NCBI GenBank assembly: GCA_016839555.1
Contig: JAEOUA010000005.1
Span: 32,001 to 96,000, forward strand
Source: Promethearchaeota archaeon
Lineage (GTDB): Archaea > Asgardarchaeota > Lokiarchaeia > Sigyniarchaeales > SOKP01
Length of the DNA stretch: 64,000 nt
Direction of reading: 5' to 3'
The position numbers and the translations under genes were made by a program. Shown in pieces: positions 30,334 through 39,109 of this stretch (position 1 is its first letter; each line of letters starts with the position of its first letter). Below the pieces are notes generated by a model. It saw nothing but the letters and a program-made list of their open reading frames with translations, was not told the origin of the DNA and searched no databases.

Positions 30334-31806
30334 TTGTCTATGAAAATTTGTTTTATTAATCCCGCCCCTTTATCTTATATTATTGAGCGAGGAAATGAAA
30401 AATCTGGGGCTTATCCTCCATTAGGGATACTTTCCATAATCGCATACCTTAAACAGAACGGATATGAACACTGTTATTTATTTGATCAACACGCAACGAA
30501 AATTCAAACGAAATATTTACTAGAATTAATTAAAAGTATTAATCCTAATGTCATCGGATTTAATTCTTTAACAGATATTAGTATGGCGTTACGTTCTGTA
30601 TATATTGCCCAGAAGGTTAAAAAATGGAATCCAAATGTTAAAGTTATATTTGGAAATTATCATGCTACTTTCAATCATTACAGAATTCTTCAAAAATATC
30701 CATTTATTGATATATGTGTGAGAGGAGAAGGAGAAAAAACCTTTTTAGAAATCCTTGAAAAATTGGAAAGGAGTAAAAAATTAAATGATATAAAAGGAAT
30801 CACATATAGAGATTATAATGGTAGAATAAGAATTAATGAAGAGAGACCATTAATTAAAAATCTGGATGAGTTACCTTTTCCTGATAGAACTGCATTAAGA
30901 GATGTGAAATATTGTCAAAATTACGGGGGATTAAATGCAAGTTATGGAAAATTTACCACAATACAATCGAGCAGAGGATGTACTTTTAACTGTTCATTCT
31001 GTTCTCAAGCGAAAGTTTCCCACCAAAAGTGGAGAGCTAAATCAATTGATCGTGTTATTGAGGAATTACAATACTTAGAAGAACTAGGCTATACGAATCT
31101 TTACTGGGTTGATGATAATTTTACTAATATTCCAAAAAGAACCATAGAGTTGTGTCGAGCCATCCGTAAAAATCATCTTGATTTCGTATGGCTAAGCGAA
31201 CAACGTGTTGATCTCGTGGAGCGCAAATTAATTCAAGAAATGAGAAAAGCTGGCTGTCGGACGCTCTCTCTTGGGATTGAGAGTGCAAATCAAAGAATTT
31301 TAGATTATTTTAATAAAAGAATAACACCAGAAATGTCGAAAGACGCTGCTCGTACTGTCAAAAATGCAGGAATAGATTTTATTATGGGGGCCTTTATTAT
31401 TGGAGCTCCCACAGAGACATTAACAGAAATTAAAAGAACTCTTTCTTTTGCTTTTCAATTAGATATTGATTTTCCTCAATTTCATATCTTTGGGGCTATA
31501 CCTGGAACTGATGTGTGGAATCGATTAGTCGAAAAAGGAAAGATTGACCCTGAAAAATATTGGGAAACAGGTGTAAAAACTCTTGAAGTTCCTTTAGAAA
31601 TGGTAGAAAAAGAGACGCGTGAAGCATATGTAAAATTTTTAACCCGTTCAGGATTTATTTTGGATCAGTTTCGCCGGACTTTAACAAGTAGGCACCGCTT
31701 AAAAATTTTTCTTTCAAATTTGGATATATTTTGGAGTAGAAAAAGGGTAGAGAAATTTTTTAACTTCGCAACAACCACGTGGACCCACGGTATAACTCCG
31801 GAGTGA
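30334..31806 (+). CDS. Cobalamin-binding radical SAM protein (paralog of 26218-27702)
   Basis: YPPLG, RGEGE, SRGCTFNCSFC, WVDDNF, LGIESANQRILD, GAP.ET, PGT motifs. Confidence 0.88.
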   Translation: MSMKICFINPAPLSYIIERGNEKSGAYPPLGILSIIAYLKQNGYEHCYLFDQHATKIQTKYLLELIKSINPNVIGFNSLTDISMALRSVYIAQKVKKWNPNVKVIFGNYHATFNHYRILQKYPFIDICVRGEGEKTFLEILEKLERSKKLNDIKGITYRDYNGRIRINEERPLIKNLDELPFPDRTALRDVKYCQNYGGLNASYGKFTTIQSSRGCTFNCSFCSQAKVSHQKWRAKSIDRVIEELQYLEELGYTNLYWVDDNFTNIPKRTIELCRAIRKNHLDFVWLSEQRVDLVERKLIQEMRKAGCRTLSLGIESANQRILDYFNKRITPEMSKDAARTVKNAGIDFIMGAFIIGAPTETLTEIKRTLSFAFQLDIDFPQFHIFGAIPGTDVWNRLVEKGKIDPEKYWETGVKTLEVPLEMVEKETREAYVKFLTRSGFILDQFRRTLTSRHRLKIFLSNLDIFWSRKRVEKFFNFATTTWTHGITPE

Positions 31807-32025
31807 TAATTATTCTGAATAAAGTTAGTTAAAATCACATATTCTCTATATGATAATAAAATTCCTACTAGTAGCATTTTTATAATTTCCAAAAAATTAA
31901 AAATTTTTAAATAAAATCAAATTGCTTTTTTCCCATCAGATTATTAAAAAAATAAAGTATTAAATATATTGAAGACTTTTTTTTAATTAATTTGGTAAAC
32001 TAAGATAACAGAATTTTTTATATAA

Positions 32026-32754
32026 ATGATTAATCATAAAAAATTAAATAAATTAAAGCTAATTTTAGTAATATCTTCGATCTCCTTTTCATTTATATTT
32101 ATTATTCTCATTATTCTTTTAAAAGATATTCCCTTATTGCCAGCATTGATTAAAGAATATATCGAATCGGGAAAATCTTTTTTCATTCCTTCCATTCCTA
32201 ATAATAACCTATTAGTCATTAGCGCTAAAAAATTTCCCAATGCGAATTTCACAGTTGGCCATTTGGTTGACCTAATAATCATGATGAATATAGTCGTTTA
32301 TATTGAATCAAGCATCTATCATTATATAAAGAAAGTTTATTTTGCTAATACTAAATCTGGCTATTATGAATTCTCTGTTTTTTATCATAAAGGAATTTAT
32401 TTACAAAATCATGATATTAACGATGAAATTTCTATAGATAAGCAATTTATACAAAAATTCTCCCATTCATCATTAGATAACACAGAAGAAAAAGGAATTT
32501 TAAAACTTTATGGGATAACTCCCATACGATTTGATGGTTTGAGAAGGAAAAGAAAAAAATACAATAATAGTAATTACAAATCTAATTTTTTTCAAAAATC
32601 CTTGGCATCAAAAAATTCTTATCTTTTTTATAAATTTTTTAATTTTTCTTCTCTTTCTAAGTCTTTATGGGATATTCATTACGAATATTCTTTCAAACCA
32701 ATATTTTTTAATAAAAATTTTAATTATAATTTACTTTTAAAAAAGGTGGTATAA
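32026..32754 (+). CDS. Hypothetical membrane-anchored protein, low-complexity C-terminus
   Basis: 242-aa ORF with N-terminal TM helix; no recognisable motif, N/K/F-rich tail. Confidence 0.4.
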   Translation: MINHKKLNKLKLILVISSISFSFIFIILIILLKDIPLLPALIKEYIESGKSFFIPSIPNNNLLVISAKKFPNANFTVGHLVDLIIMMNIVVYIESSIYHYIKKVYFANTKSGYYEFSVFYHKGIYLQNHDINDEISIDKQFIQKFSHSSLDNTEEKGILKLYGITPIRFDGLRRKRKKYNNSNYKSNFFQKSLASKNSYLFYKFFNFSSLSKSLWDIHYEYSFKPIFFNKNFNYNLLLKKVV

Positions 32755-32912
32755 TAAATTGAAAAATAATATTAATAAAATTAGATTTAATAATTTCTAT
32801 AATTATCATTTAAAAGATAATTTAGTTTCTGATAAAATTAAAACAAATTATATTATAAAAATACTTAAAAAGGAGGTGTAAGAATATTATTGAAATAATT
32901 TTATTTGAATTA

Positions 32913-33836
32913 GTGTTTCCATTCATTTTAATTGTTTTTCTAATAATTATTGTTATTAGTGGACTTTTTGGGAGAAAAAAAATGCGAACTCAAGCTCAAA
33001 ATCTTATGAGTTTAGATGAATTTTTAAAAGATTGGATAATAGATCATGGATCAGCTCATAAATTGGAAGAATATTTTTCACAAATGAAAAAAGATCCTTC
33101 TGGAGTGATATATATGCCCATAACTTATAATGGTGCTAAATTATTCATAAAAATGGGATTGACTCCAAATAAAGTGTCCTTAATAAATTTAATTCTTTCA
33201 ATGTTTATTTTTTGGGGCACTATTATGGCAGCTCAAGGTCATACTTTATCTGTTTTTACTCAGCAACCAATTTATGGATCATGGTTTTTCCTTTTAGGCT
33301 TTTTAGTTTTAATTACAGGAATTATTGATGGGATTGATGGGGGAATAGCAAGATTGTTGGATATTAAGTCTAAAAAGGGAGCATGGGTTGATAATGTGAT
33401 TGATAGAATAAGTGATATATTAATGTTAGTAGGATTAATTCCTACTCAGCTATTATATCTCTCAGATTATAATCTTGATTTTAACTGGTTAGTATGGACT
33501 AATATTTTCATTATTTTTATATATGAATATATGAGAGCCAGACATGAAGGGTTAGGTTTGCTAGAAGCGAAACCTTACGTTGGGGAACGAGTAACTCGCA
33601 TATTGATCCATTTTACTTTCTTTATTGCTTATGGGAGTTCAAGTCTGGCTGTCTTAATAACAAATTTGATTAGTCCAGGGGCGGCATCTTCAATTTGGTC
33701 ATTATCTCATCCTGGAACAATAAAATGGAGTATGCTTCTTTTTCAAATTAGTCTTTTAGCTGTCATGATACTCTCCTCGAGTCAGTTAGCAAGATATAGT
33801 TATAAAAATTTAAAAAAAATGGATAATAAAAATTAA
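32913..33836 (+). CDS. CDP-alcohol phosphotransferase family protein
   Basis: TPN.VS and full signature DGIDGGIAR......KGAWVDNVIDRISD; Y.RAR.EG, GER. Confidence 0.9.
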   Translation: MFPFILIVFLIIIVISGLFGRKKMRTQAQNLMSLDEFLKDWIIDHGSAHKLEEYFSQMKKDPSGVIYMPITYNGAKLFIKMGLTPNKVSLINLILSMFIFWGTIMAAQGHTLSVFTQQPIYGSWFFLLGFLVLITGIIDGIDGGIARLLDIKSKKGAWVDNVIDRISDILMLVGLIPTQLLYLSDYNLDFNWLVWTNIFIIFIYEYMRARHEGLGLLEAKPYVGERVTRILIHFTFFIAYGSSSLAVLITNLISPGAASSIWSLSHPGTIKWSMLLFQISLLAVMILSSSQLARYSYKNLKKMDNKN

Positions 33837-33874
33837 AAATTAAAAAAATTAAAAAAATAAAAAACTGAAAAAAA

Positions 33875-35236
33875 ATGAAATTATCAAGAATTTTGGCATA
33901 TGGAGTTATAGTCCTATTTTATTTTATACTAATGCATATCTTTTTTCCAATTGAATGGTCCTCTCCTGTAAAAGAAGCAATCGATACCTTTTTTATGAAT
34001 CCTTTGAAGTATTGGTGGTTCATATTTCCATTGATAGGTCTTATTTTTCTATTAGGACTTGATATTTTTTATGGAATCTATTTTCTTGCATCATTTGGTC
34101 GTGGTTATCGGACTAAAGAACCTTATTATCCTGATATAAGTATAATGATTCCTTCGAAAAACGAAAAAGTATTACTTAAAAAAACATTGGAATCTATATT
34201 GAATTCAAACTACCCTAAAGAACATATTCAGTTAATTCTAATTACCAGTGAATCTACCGATGGAACAACCGAATTTAGCAGAGAATTTGCCAAAAAATAT
34301 GGAAATATTATGGATATTAAGACTATATCAGAAAAACCCCTCAAACCGGGGAAACCTCCAAAATTAAACCTTGGATTAAAATTAGTGAAGAATGACATTG
34401 TTGTATTATATGATTGTGGATGCATATTACAACCTGACACTTTAAAACATTTAATCTCTCCATTTCAAAACAAGAAAAATAATGCTGTGATTGGACCAGT
34501 TTTAGTTGAAAACTGGAAAACAAATATTTTAACCAGAGGAATATTATTGGACTATTCTCTTATCTCTGGGGGTGGAATTACTTTCGAAGTTAAAAATAGA
34601 TTGGGATCATCAGCCTATTCTTATGGTCGCAATTTTGCTGTAAGAACCAAATATCTTAGAGAGTATGGGGGATTTAATGAGGATTCTATGACAGAAGATT
34701 TATACCTCTCGGTTCTTTTGAATTTAGATGGGGTGCAAATTCGTTACTCGCCAAAAGCAAAAATCTATGAATATGTACCAAGCACTTGGGAGATTTTAGT
34801 TAAGCAACGAACAAGATGGTTAGCAGGATATGTTTTTGATATGCCGGAATTAATGGCAATGAAAAAAGAAAATAGGAGTGGCCAACCAATAATTATCTCA
34901 AGGAATATGACTATGATGTTAATCGGTAATTTAGATACATGGATTCCTGTTGTAATAGCTATTTCATTAATATTTGGATTAATCGGTGAATATTATTTAT
35001 TAAGTTGGAGTTTATCCTGCTTAATTTTTCAATTTGGATATATATTTAACGCTATATGGAAGTATGCTGATAAACATTTTAGCCTGTTATTATTTTGGCC
35101 GATTAGTGCCTATATCCATCTTTATATGTTTCTAAGACAATTTAGACTGCCTGAAAATATGAGCTGGGAACTAACTCCAATGCTGTTTGAAAAAGAAGAG
35201 CAAGAAATAATAGCCATATCTAAAATAATCGAATAA
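33875..35236 (+). CDS. Integral membrane GT2 (QxxRW type; glycolipid/cellulose synthase-like)
   Basis: N- and C-terminal TM helices, IP..NE, STDGT, GGF.EDSMTED, QRTRW. Confidence 0.85.
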   Translation: MKLSRILAYGVIVLFYFILMHIFFPIEWSSPVKEAIDTFFMNPLKYWWFIFPLIGLIFLLGLDIFYGIYFLASFGRGYRTKEPYYPDISIMIPSKNEKVLLKKTLESILNSNYPKEHIQLILITSESTDGTTEFSREFAKKYGNIMDIKTISEKPLKPGKPPKLNLGLKLVKNDIVVLYDCGCILQPDTLKHLISPFQNKKNNAVIGPVLVENWKTNILTRGILLDYSLISGGGITFEVKNRLGSSAYSYGRNFAVRTKYLREYGGFNEDSMTEDLYLSVLLNLDGVQIRYSPKAKIYEYVPSTWEILVKQRTRWLAGYVFDMPELMAMKKENRSGQPIIISRNMTMMLIGNLDTWIPVVIAISLIFGLIGEYYLLSWSLSCLIFQFGYIFNAIWKYADKHFSLLLFWPISAYIHLYMFLRQFRLPENMSWELTPMLFEKEEQEIIAISKIIE

Positions 35237-35249
35237 ATAATGATCAAAA

Positions 35250-36017
35250 ATGGGGAACAAAGTCATAATATTAGCTGGGGGAAAGGGGAAAAGATTAGGT
35301 GAATTGACAGATCAGATCCCCAAACCATTGATGAAAATCGGGGAATATCCCATTATTTGGCATATAATGAAAATCTATGCCTCCTATGGGTTTAAAGAAT
35401 TCATATTATGCCTTGGATATAAAGCAGATCTTATTAAATCCTATTTTTTTCATTATAATTCACGTAAAAATGATTTTACCATAGATTTAGCAAATTCCAA
35501 TATTGAATTTCATAATAATGTAAGTGAGGATTGGAAAGTTAGCCTAATTGACACGGGACTGAATACTCCTAAAGGAGGGAGAGTTAAGAAAATTGAACCA
35601 TATTTAGATTCTGATATCAATATGTTAACTTATGCTGATGGATTGGCGGATATCAATATTAAAGAGTTATTGGAATTTCATAAGCGTCATGGAAAAACGA
35701 TTACAACTACTGGTGTGCCTCATTCATCAAATTTCGGGGAGATCGTAGAGAAAGAAGGGAAAGTTCTCTCTTTTAAAGAAAAACCGAATATTACCCTAAT
35801 TAATGGCGGGTTTATGGTTTTTAATAGCAATTTTTTACAAAGATTGGATAATAATTCTAAACTTGAAGAAATAATTCTTAGGGAATTATCGAAAGAGGGA
35901 GAAGTAATGGTATATAAACATCAAGGAAATTGGGCTTGTATGGATACATTTAAAGATTATTTATATCTCAATTCATTATGGGAAAACAATAATGCATTTT
36001 GGAAAAACTGGCAATAA
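35250..36017 (+). CDS. rfbF: Glucose-1-phosphate cytidylyltransferase
   Basis: ILAGGKG.RL.ELT..IPKP, PIIWHIMK.Y..YG..EFI.CLGYK, DTG..T..GGR, LTY.DG.ADINI, INGGF, W.CMDT. Confidence 0.88.
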   Translation: MGNKVIILAGGKGKRLGELTDQIPKPLMKIGEYPIIWHIMKIYASYGFKEFILCLGYKADLIKSYFFHYNSRKNDFTIDLANSNIEFHNNVSEDWKVSLIDTGLNTPKGGRVKKIEPYLDSDINMLTYADGLADINIKELLEFHKRHGKTITTTGVPHSSNFGEIVEKEGKVLSFKEKPNITLINGGFMVFNSNFLQRLDNNSKLEEIILRELSKEGEVMVYKHQGNWACMDTFKDYLYLNSLWENNNAFWKNWQ

Positions 36018-36119
36018 TTAACTAAATACTATTTTTCATTTTTTTCTTAAAATTATTTTTAAATTATATAATTCAGTTTTCTATAACTGATTAGATCATC
36101 TAAATTTTCTAACTAAAAA

Positions 36120-36211
36120 GGGAGATAGAAGTGTCCTCTTATAGGGATAATCAAAAAAGTAATCCGACTATAAGAGGACTCCCCGTGTTTTTGTCGCCTC
36201 TTCATTCTCCC
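36120..36211. ncRNA. Candidate structured non-coding RNA (end-paired long hairpin)
   Basis: Perfect 12-bp inverted repeat GTCCTCTTATAG (36133-36144)/CTATAAGAGGAC (36168-36179) nested in GGGAGA/TCTCCC and GAAG/CTTC arms; GC-enriched island in AT-rich intergenic DNA. Confidence 0.45.
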
Positions 36212-36411
36212 AGATATATATATTGAATTATGTTATTTAAAAATAATTAACTTGCCATGCTTAACAGACTTAACTAAACTTATTTAAACTAAACTTTTAG
36301 AAAATAAACAAAATATTTAGATATTAAAAATAATACTGCTAATGAGAATATTTAGATTTTACAAAATAACTGTATATACCATATAAAATATAATTTAATG
36401 GGTGAATAAAT

Positions 36412-36576
36412 TTGGTTGGATGTCATGATCTAAGAAAAGGAGATGTTATTTATTGTCCAGATTGCGGAATAGAACTTACAATAACCGCTGTATGTGAAGA
36501 ATGCGAAGAAAACTCATGTGGGTGCGAACATGAATGTGTATTTGAATGCTGTGGAACGCCCCTCGTGCAAAAATAA
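36412..36576 (+). CDS. 54-aa Cys-rich desulforedoxin-like / metallothionein-like peptide (not in ORF track)
   Basis: TTG start with GGTGA at 36401-36405; MVGCHDLRKGDVIYCPDCGIELTITAVCEECEENSCGCEHECVFECCGTPLVQK; TAA then T-rich tract. Confidence 0.8.
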   Translation: MVGCHDLRKGDVIYCPDCGIELTITAVCEECEENSCGCEHECVFECCGTPLVQK

Positions 36577-36681
36577 AAACTGAATCTTTTTTCTTATTAT
36601 TTCTATTTTTTATTATTATTTTTTAATCTCTTTTTTATTTTGAAAAATTTTATTAATTTCTTAAAATAAAAAAGCAATTTT

Positions 36682-37194
36682 TTAAGAACTAGGAGAACAA
36701 CTGTAGAGGCTGAATGGTCGTATTTTAATAAATTTTTCAAAATCTTTTAGTACAAAGAAATAGTTGTGTAATACCTGATCTAAGATAATTTTCATTGTTT
36801 TTATTCCCTCTTTAATACCTTCTAAATCTTTCGATAAAAGGACCATATATTCAGAATTAGTTTTTAAGTAGTAGCATCCCTTTTCAATTGAGAGATTTTC
36901 ATGTTGTGCAATAATAGTATTTGTTTCCTTTATTTTGTTCGGATCTGTAAAAATAATCATTAAAAAAGAGTTTGTATATGTTTTTTTTAGATAGGTATCT
37001 CTTATACCGGGAGCTTGTAGAGTTATTTTCATATAATCTTGGAATAGATATTGAAGTTGATTTAACTCTCTTCTAAATCTTAGTTTATTATGATAAAACT
37101 TGAATTCCTCATTTAAATTTAAAGTTTCTCCTTCCAAATAAGTTAGCTCTTTTGGAGGCGTTTCAAATGTAAATTCTTTAAGATAATCGGACAT
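36682..37194 (-). CDS. Hypothetical protein resembling a stand-alone GH20 domain-2 (zincin-like fold)
   Basis: PPKE....G..L.L, G.Y.L.T....M.L.S....GI..GI.TM..IL, C-terminal I.IRPF.LY pattern. Confidence 0.5.
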   Translation of the reverse strand: MSDYLKEFTFETPPKELTYLEGETLNLNEEFKFYHNKLRFRRELNQLQYLFQDYMKITLQAPGIRDTYLKKTYTNSFLMIIFTDPNKIKETNTIIAQHENLSIEKGCYYLKTNSEYMVLLSKDLEGIKEGIKTMKIILDQVLHNYFFVLKDFEKFIKIRPFSLYSCSPSS

Positions 37195-37311
37195 TTTTAA
37201 TCATCATTGAAAATATTTTATAATTTTTAACTGTTTTAATTAGTTTATTATTGTATTTTAAAAAAAGATTTAACTTATAATTTACAAAAAAATTTTTGTG
37301 AAAAAATAAAA

Positions 37312-38412
37312 CTAAATAGGGGGCAAATCTTTTATTTTTGCTAAACCTTCTCGACTCGCTTCAAGAACTCCAAACTCTGTTATTATTCCAGTTACGAATT
37401 CAGCGGGAGTCACATCAAAAGCAATATTTTTCGCATTTGCGTTTACTTGCGCGATTCTTATTTTTGTTCTTTCCTCTTTTTCATAATTCATTCCCGACAT
37501 ACATGTTACTTCTTCTTCGTCTCGTTCTTCTATTATGACATCCATCCCATTGTCCATCTCATAATCAATGGTCATTCTGGGTGCTACCACATAAAAGGGA
37601 ACATTATAATGATTACATGCTAATGCGATACCAAGAGTGCCAATCTTATTGCATACGTCTCCATTTGCAGCAATTCGATCGCTGCCTACAAACACGATAT
37701 CAACTTTTCCTCGCTGAATAAAATGACTATTTGCATTATCAACAATAATAGCATAATCAATACCTTCTTGTGCCATTTCCCACGCAGTTAATCTGGCCCC
37801 TTGGCATCGTGGACGAGTTTCATCAACAAAGACAAAAATTTTTTTTCCATGCTGCTGAGCCCAACGAATGGGACCGGTGGCGGTTCCCCACAATCCACTA
37901 AATGCAAGAGCTCCCGCATTACAATGAGTTAAAATTGACCATCCCTCCTTAATTAGTTTCCCGCCATATTCTGCCATTTTTGTGGCAGCTCTTTGATCTT
38001 CTTCAAAAATCTCATCTGCCTCGTCGACTACTGCCTTAATAATATTATCTGTGCCTCCTTCTTTCGCCGCTTCTTTTCCGCGATTTAAAGTGCGCTCGGT
38101 TGCATGCATTAAATTTACTGCGGTAGGTCTGGCAGTATCTAAATATTCTTTTGCTTCTTCTAATTTTTGGATTAGTTTTTTAGGCGACAGATTGGCATTT
38201 TGTAATGCTATTTGAGCCATTCCGAAACCTGCAGTCACTCCAATGGCACCTGCGCCTCGTGTATACATATCCTTGATTGAGTGCCACAACTCCTCAGTAT
38301 TATTTAAATCAACGATTTTTAATTCAAAAGGAAGGGGCCTTTGATCAATCATCTTTACAATAGAACCCTCGCGCCAAACTGTCATTACTTCAGAACCATT
38401 TTTTAACTTCAT
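37312..38412 (-). CDS. mtnA: S-methyl-5-thioribose-1-phosphate isomerase
   Basis: IDQR.LP, M..RGA.AIG, ARPTAVNL, LTHCNAGALA, DETRP..QGARLTAWE, G.DRIAANGD..NKIGT, FDVTP. Confidence 0.92.
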   Translation of the reverse strand: MKLKNGSEVMTVWREGSIVKMIDQRPLPFELKIVDLNNTEELWHSIKDMYTRGAGAIGVTAGFGMAQIALQNANLSPKKLIQKLEEAKEYLDTARPTAVNLMHATERTLNRGKEAAKEGGTDNIIKAVVDEADEIFEEDQRAATKMAEYGGKLIKEGWSILTHCNAGALAFSGLWGTATGPIRWAQQHGKKIFVFVDETRPRCQGARLTAWEMAQEGIDYAIIVDNANSHFIQRGKVDIVFVGSDRIAANGDVCNKIGTLGIALACNHYNVPFYVVAPRMTIDYEMDNGMDVIIEERDEEEVTCMSGMNYEKEERTKIRIAQVNANAKNIAFDVTPAEFVTGIITEFGVLEASREGLAKIKDLPPI

Positions 38413-38472
38413 TTCTTATCCTATTTATTTTAATTTCTTATAATTAATAGTTATAGAATTATAATAAAGATA

Positions 38473-38958
38473 TTAAATTTTTTTCCCTGAGTTATTAAAC
38501 CATTTTAATAGATTTTTACTTTTTTCTGGAAATAATTCTTTTAATACTTTTATTGCGGCATTTTTTACTTCTGAACTTTTATCAGAAATTACACATTCTT
38601 CAAGAATGGTAAAAATTGTATCATTTTTCAAATTTAATAGCTTTAACGCATGAATACAATTCACCTTATTTTCTATATTTTCATTATTTTCAAGAAAAAA
38701 TTTTAATAAGTCAATAGTTTTTTCTGCTGTGAATTCTTTTATCGTGAAATAATGATAAATATCAGCAACCGTTAAATCCTTCTCCATAAATTCGATGGTA
38801 TCTTCATATAAAAGATCCTCAAGGGAATCAGAAACTAACACAAAAGAGCAGGAATGATTTTCTGGTAATCGATGTTCGCTACAAAAGCTTTTCCCACAAT
38901 ATTTACAATGAAAACTTAAGGTTTCGATTCTCTTCTCGCAGAAGGTGCATTTTTTCAT
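38473..38958 (-). CDS. AN1-type zinc finger protein with C-terminal HEAT-like helices
   Basis: CTFC...F.CKYCGKSFCSEHRLPENHSC; LEE.VISD.S.EVK.AAI.VL HEAT-like motif. Confidence 0.8.
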   Translation of the reverse strand: MKKCTFCEKRIETLSFHCKYCGKSFCSEHRLPENHSCSFVLVSDSLEDLLYEDTIEFMEKDLTVADIYHYFTIKEFTAEKTIDLLKFFLENNENIENKVNCIHALKLLNLKNDTIFTILEECVISDKSSEVKNAAIKVLKELFPEKSKNLLKWFNNSGKKI

Positions 38959-39109
38959 TTTTTATTTTCGATTGTAAAAATTAAAAATATTTTTTATTAC
39001 TTTATATATTAAACTATAAAATTAGTATAATAAATTTTAAGAGGAATTTCTAATAAAGAAAGATATTTCTAAGGAGTAATTCTTCTTTAATAAAGATATA
39101 GGAAAAAAC

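Noticed and set aside
36120-36211. Hairpin as SECIS, tRNA-Sec or C/D box RNA
   Set aside because: Minus strand has AUGA and an A-run but no matching 3' GA; no cloverleaf or T-loop; no CUGA box D; no adjacent UGA-containing gene
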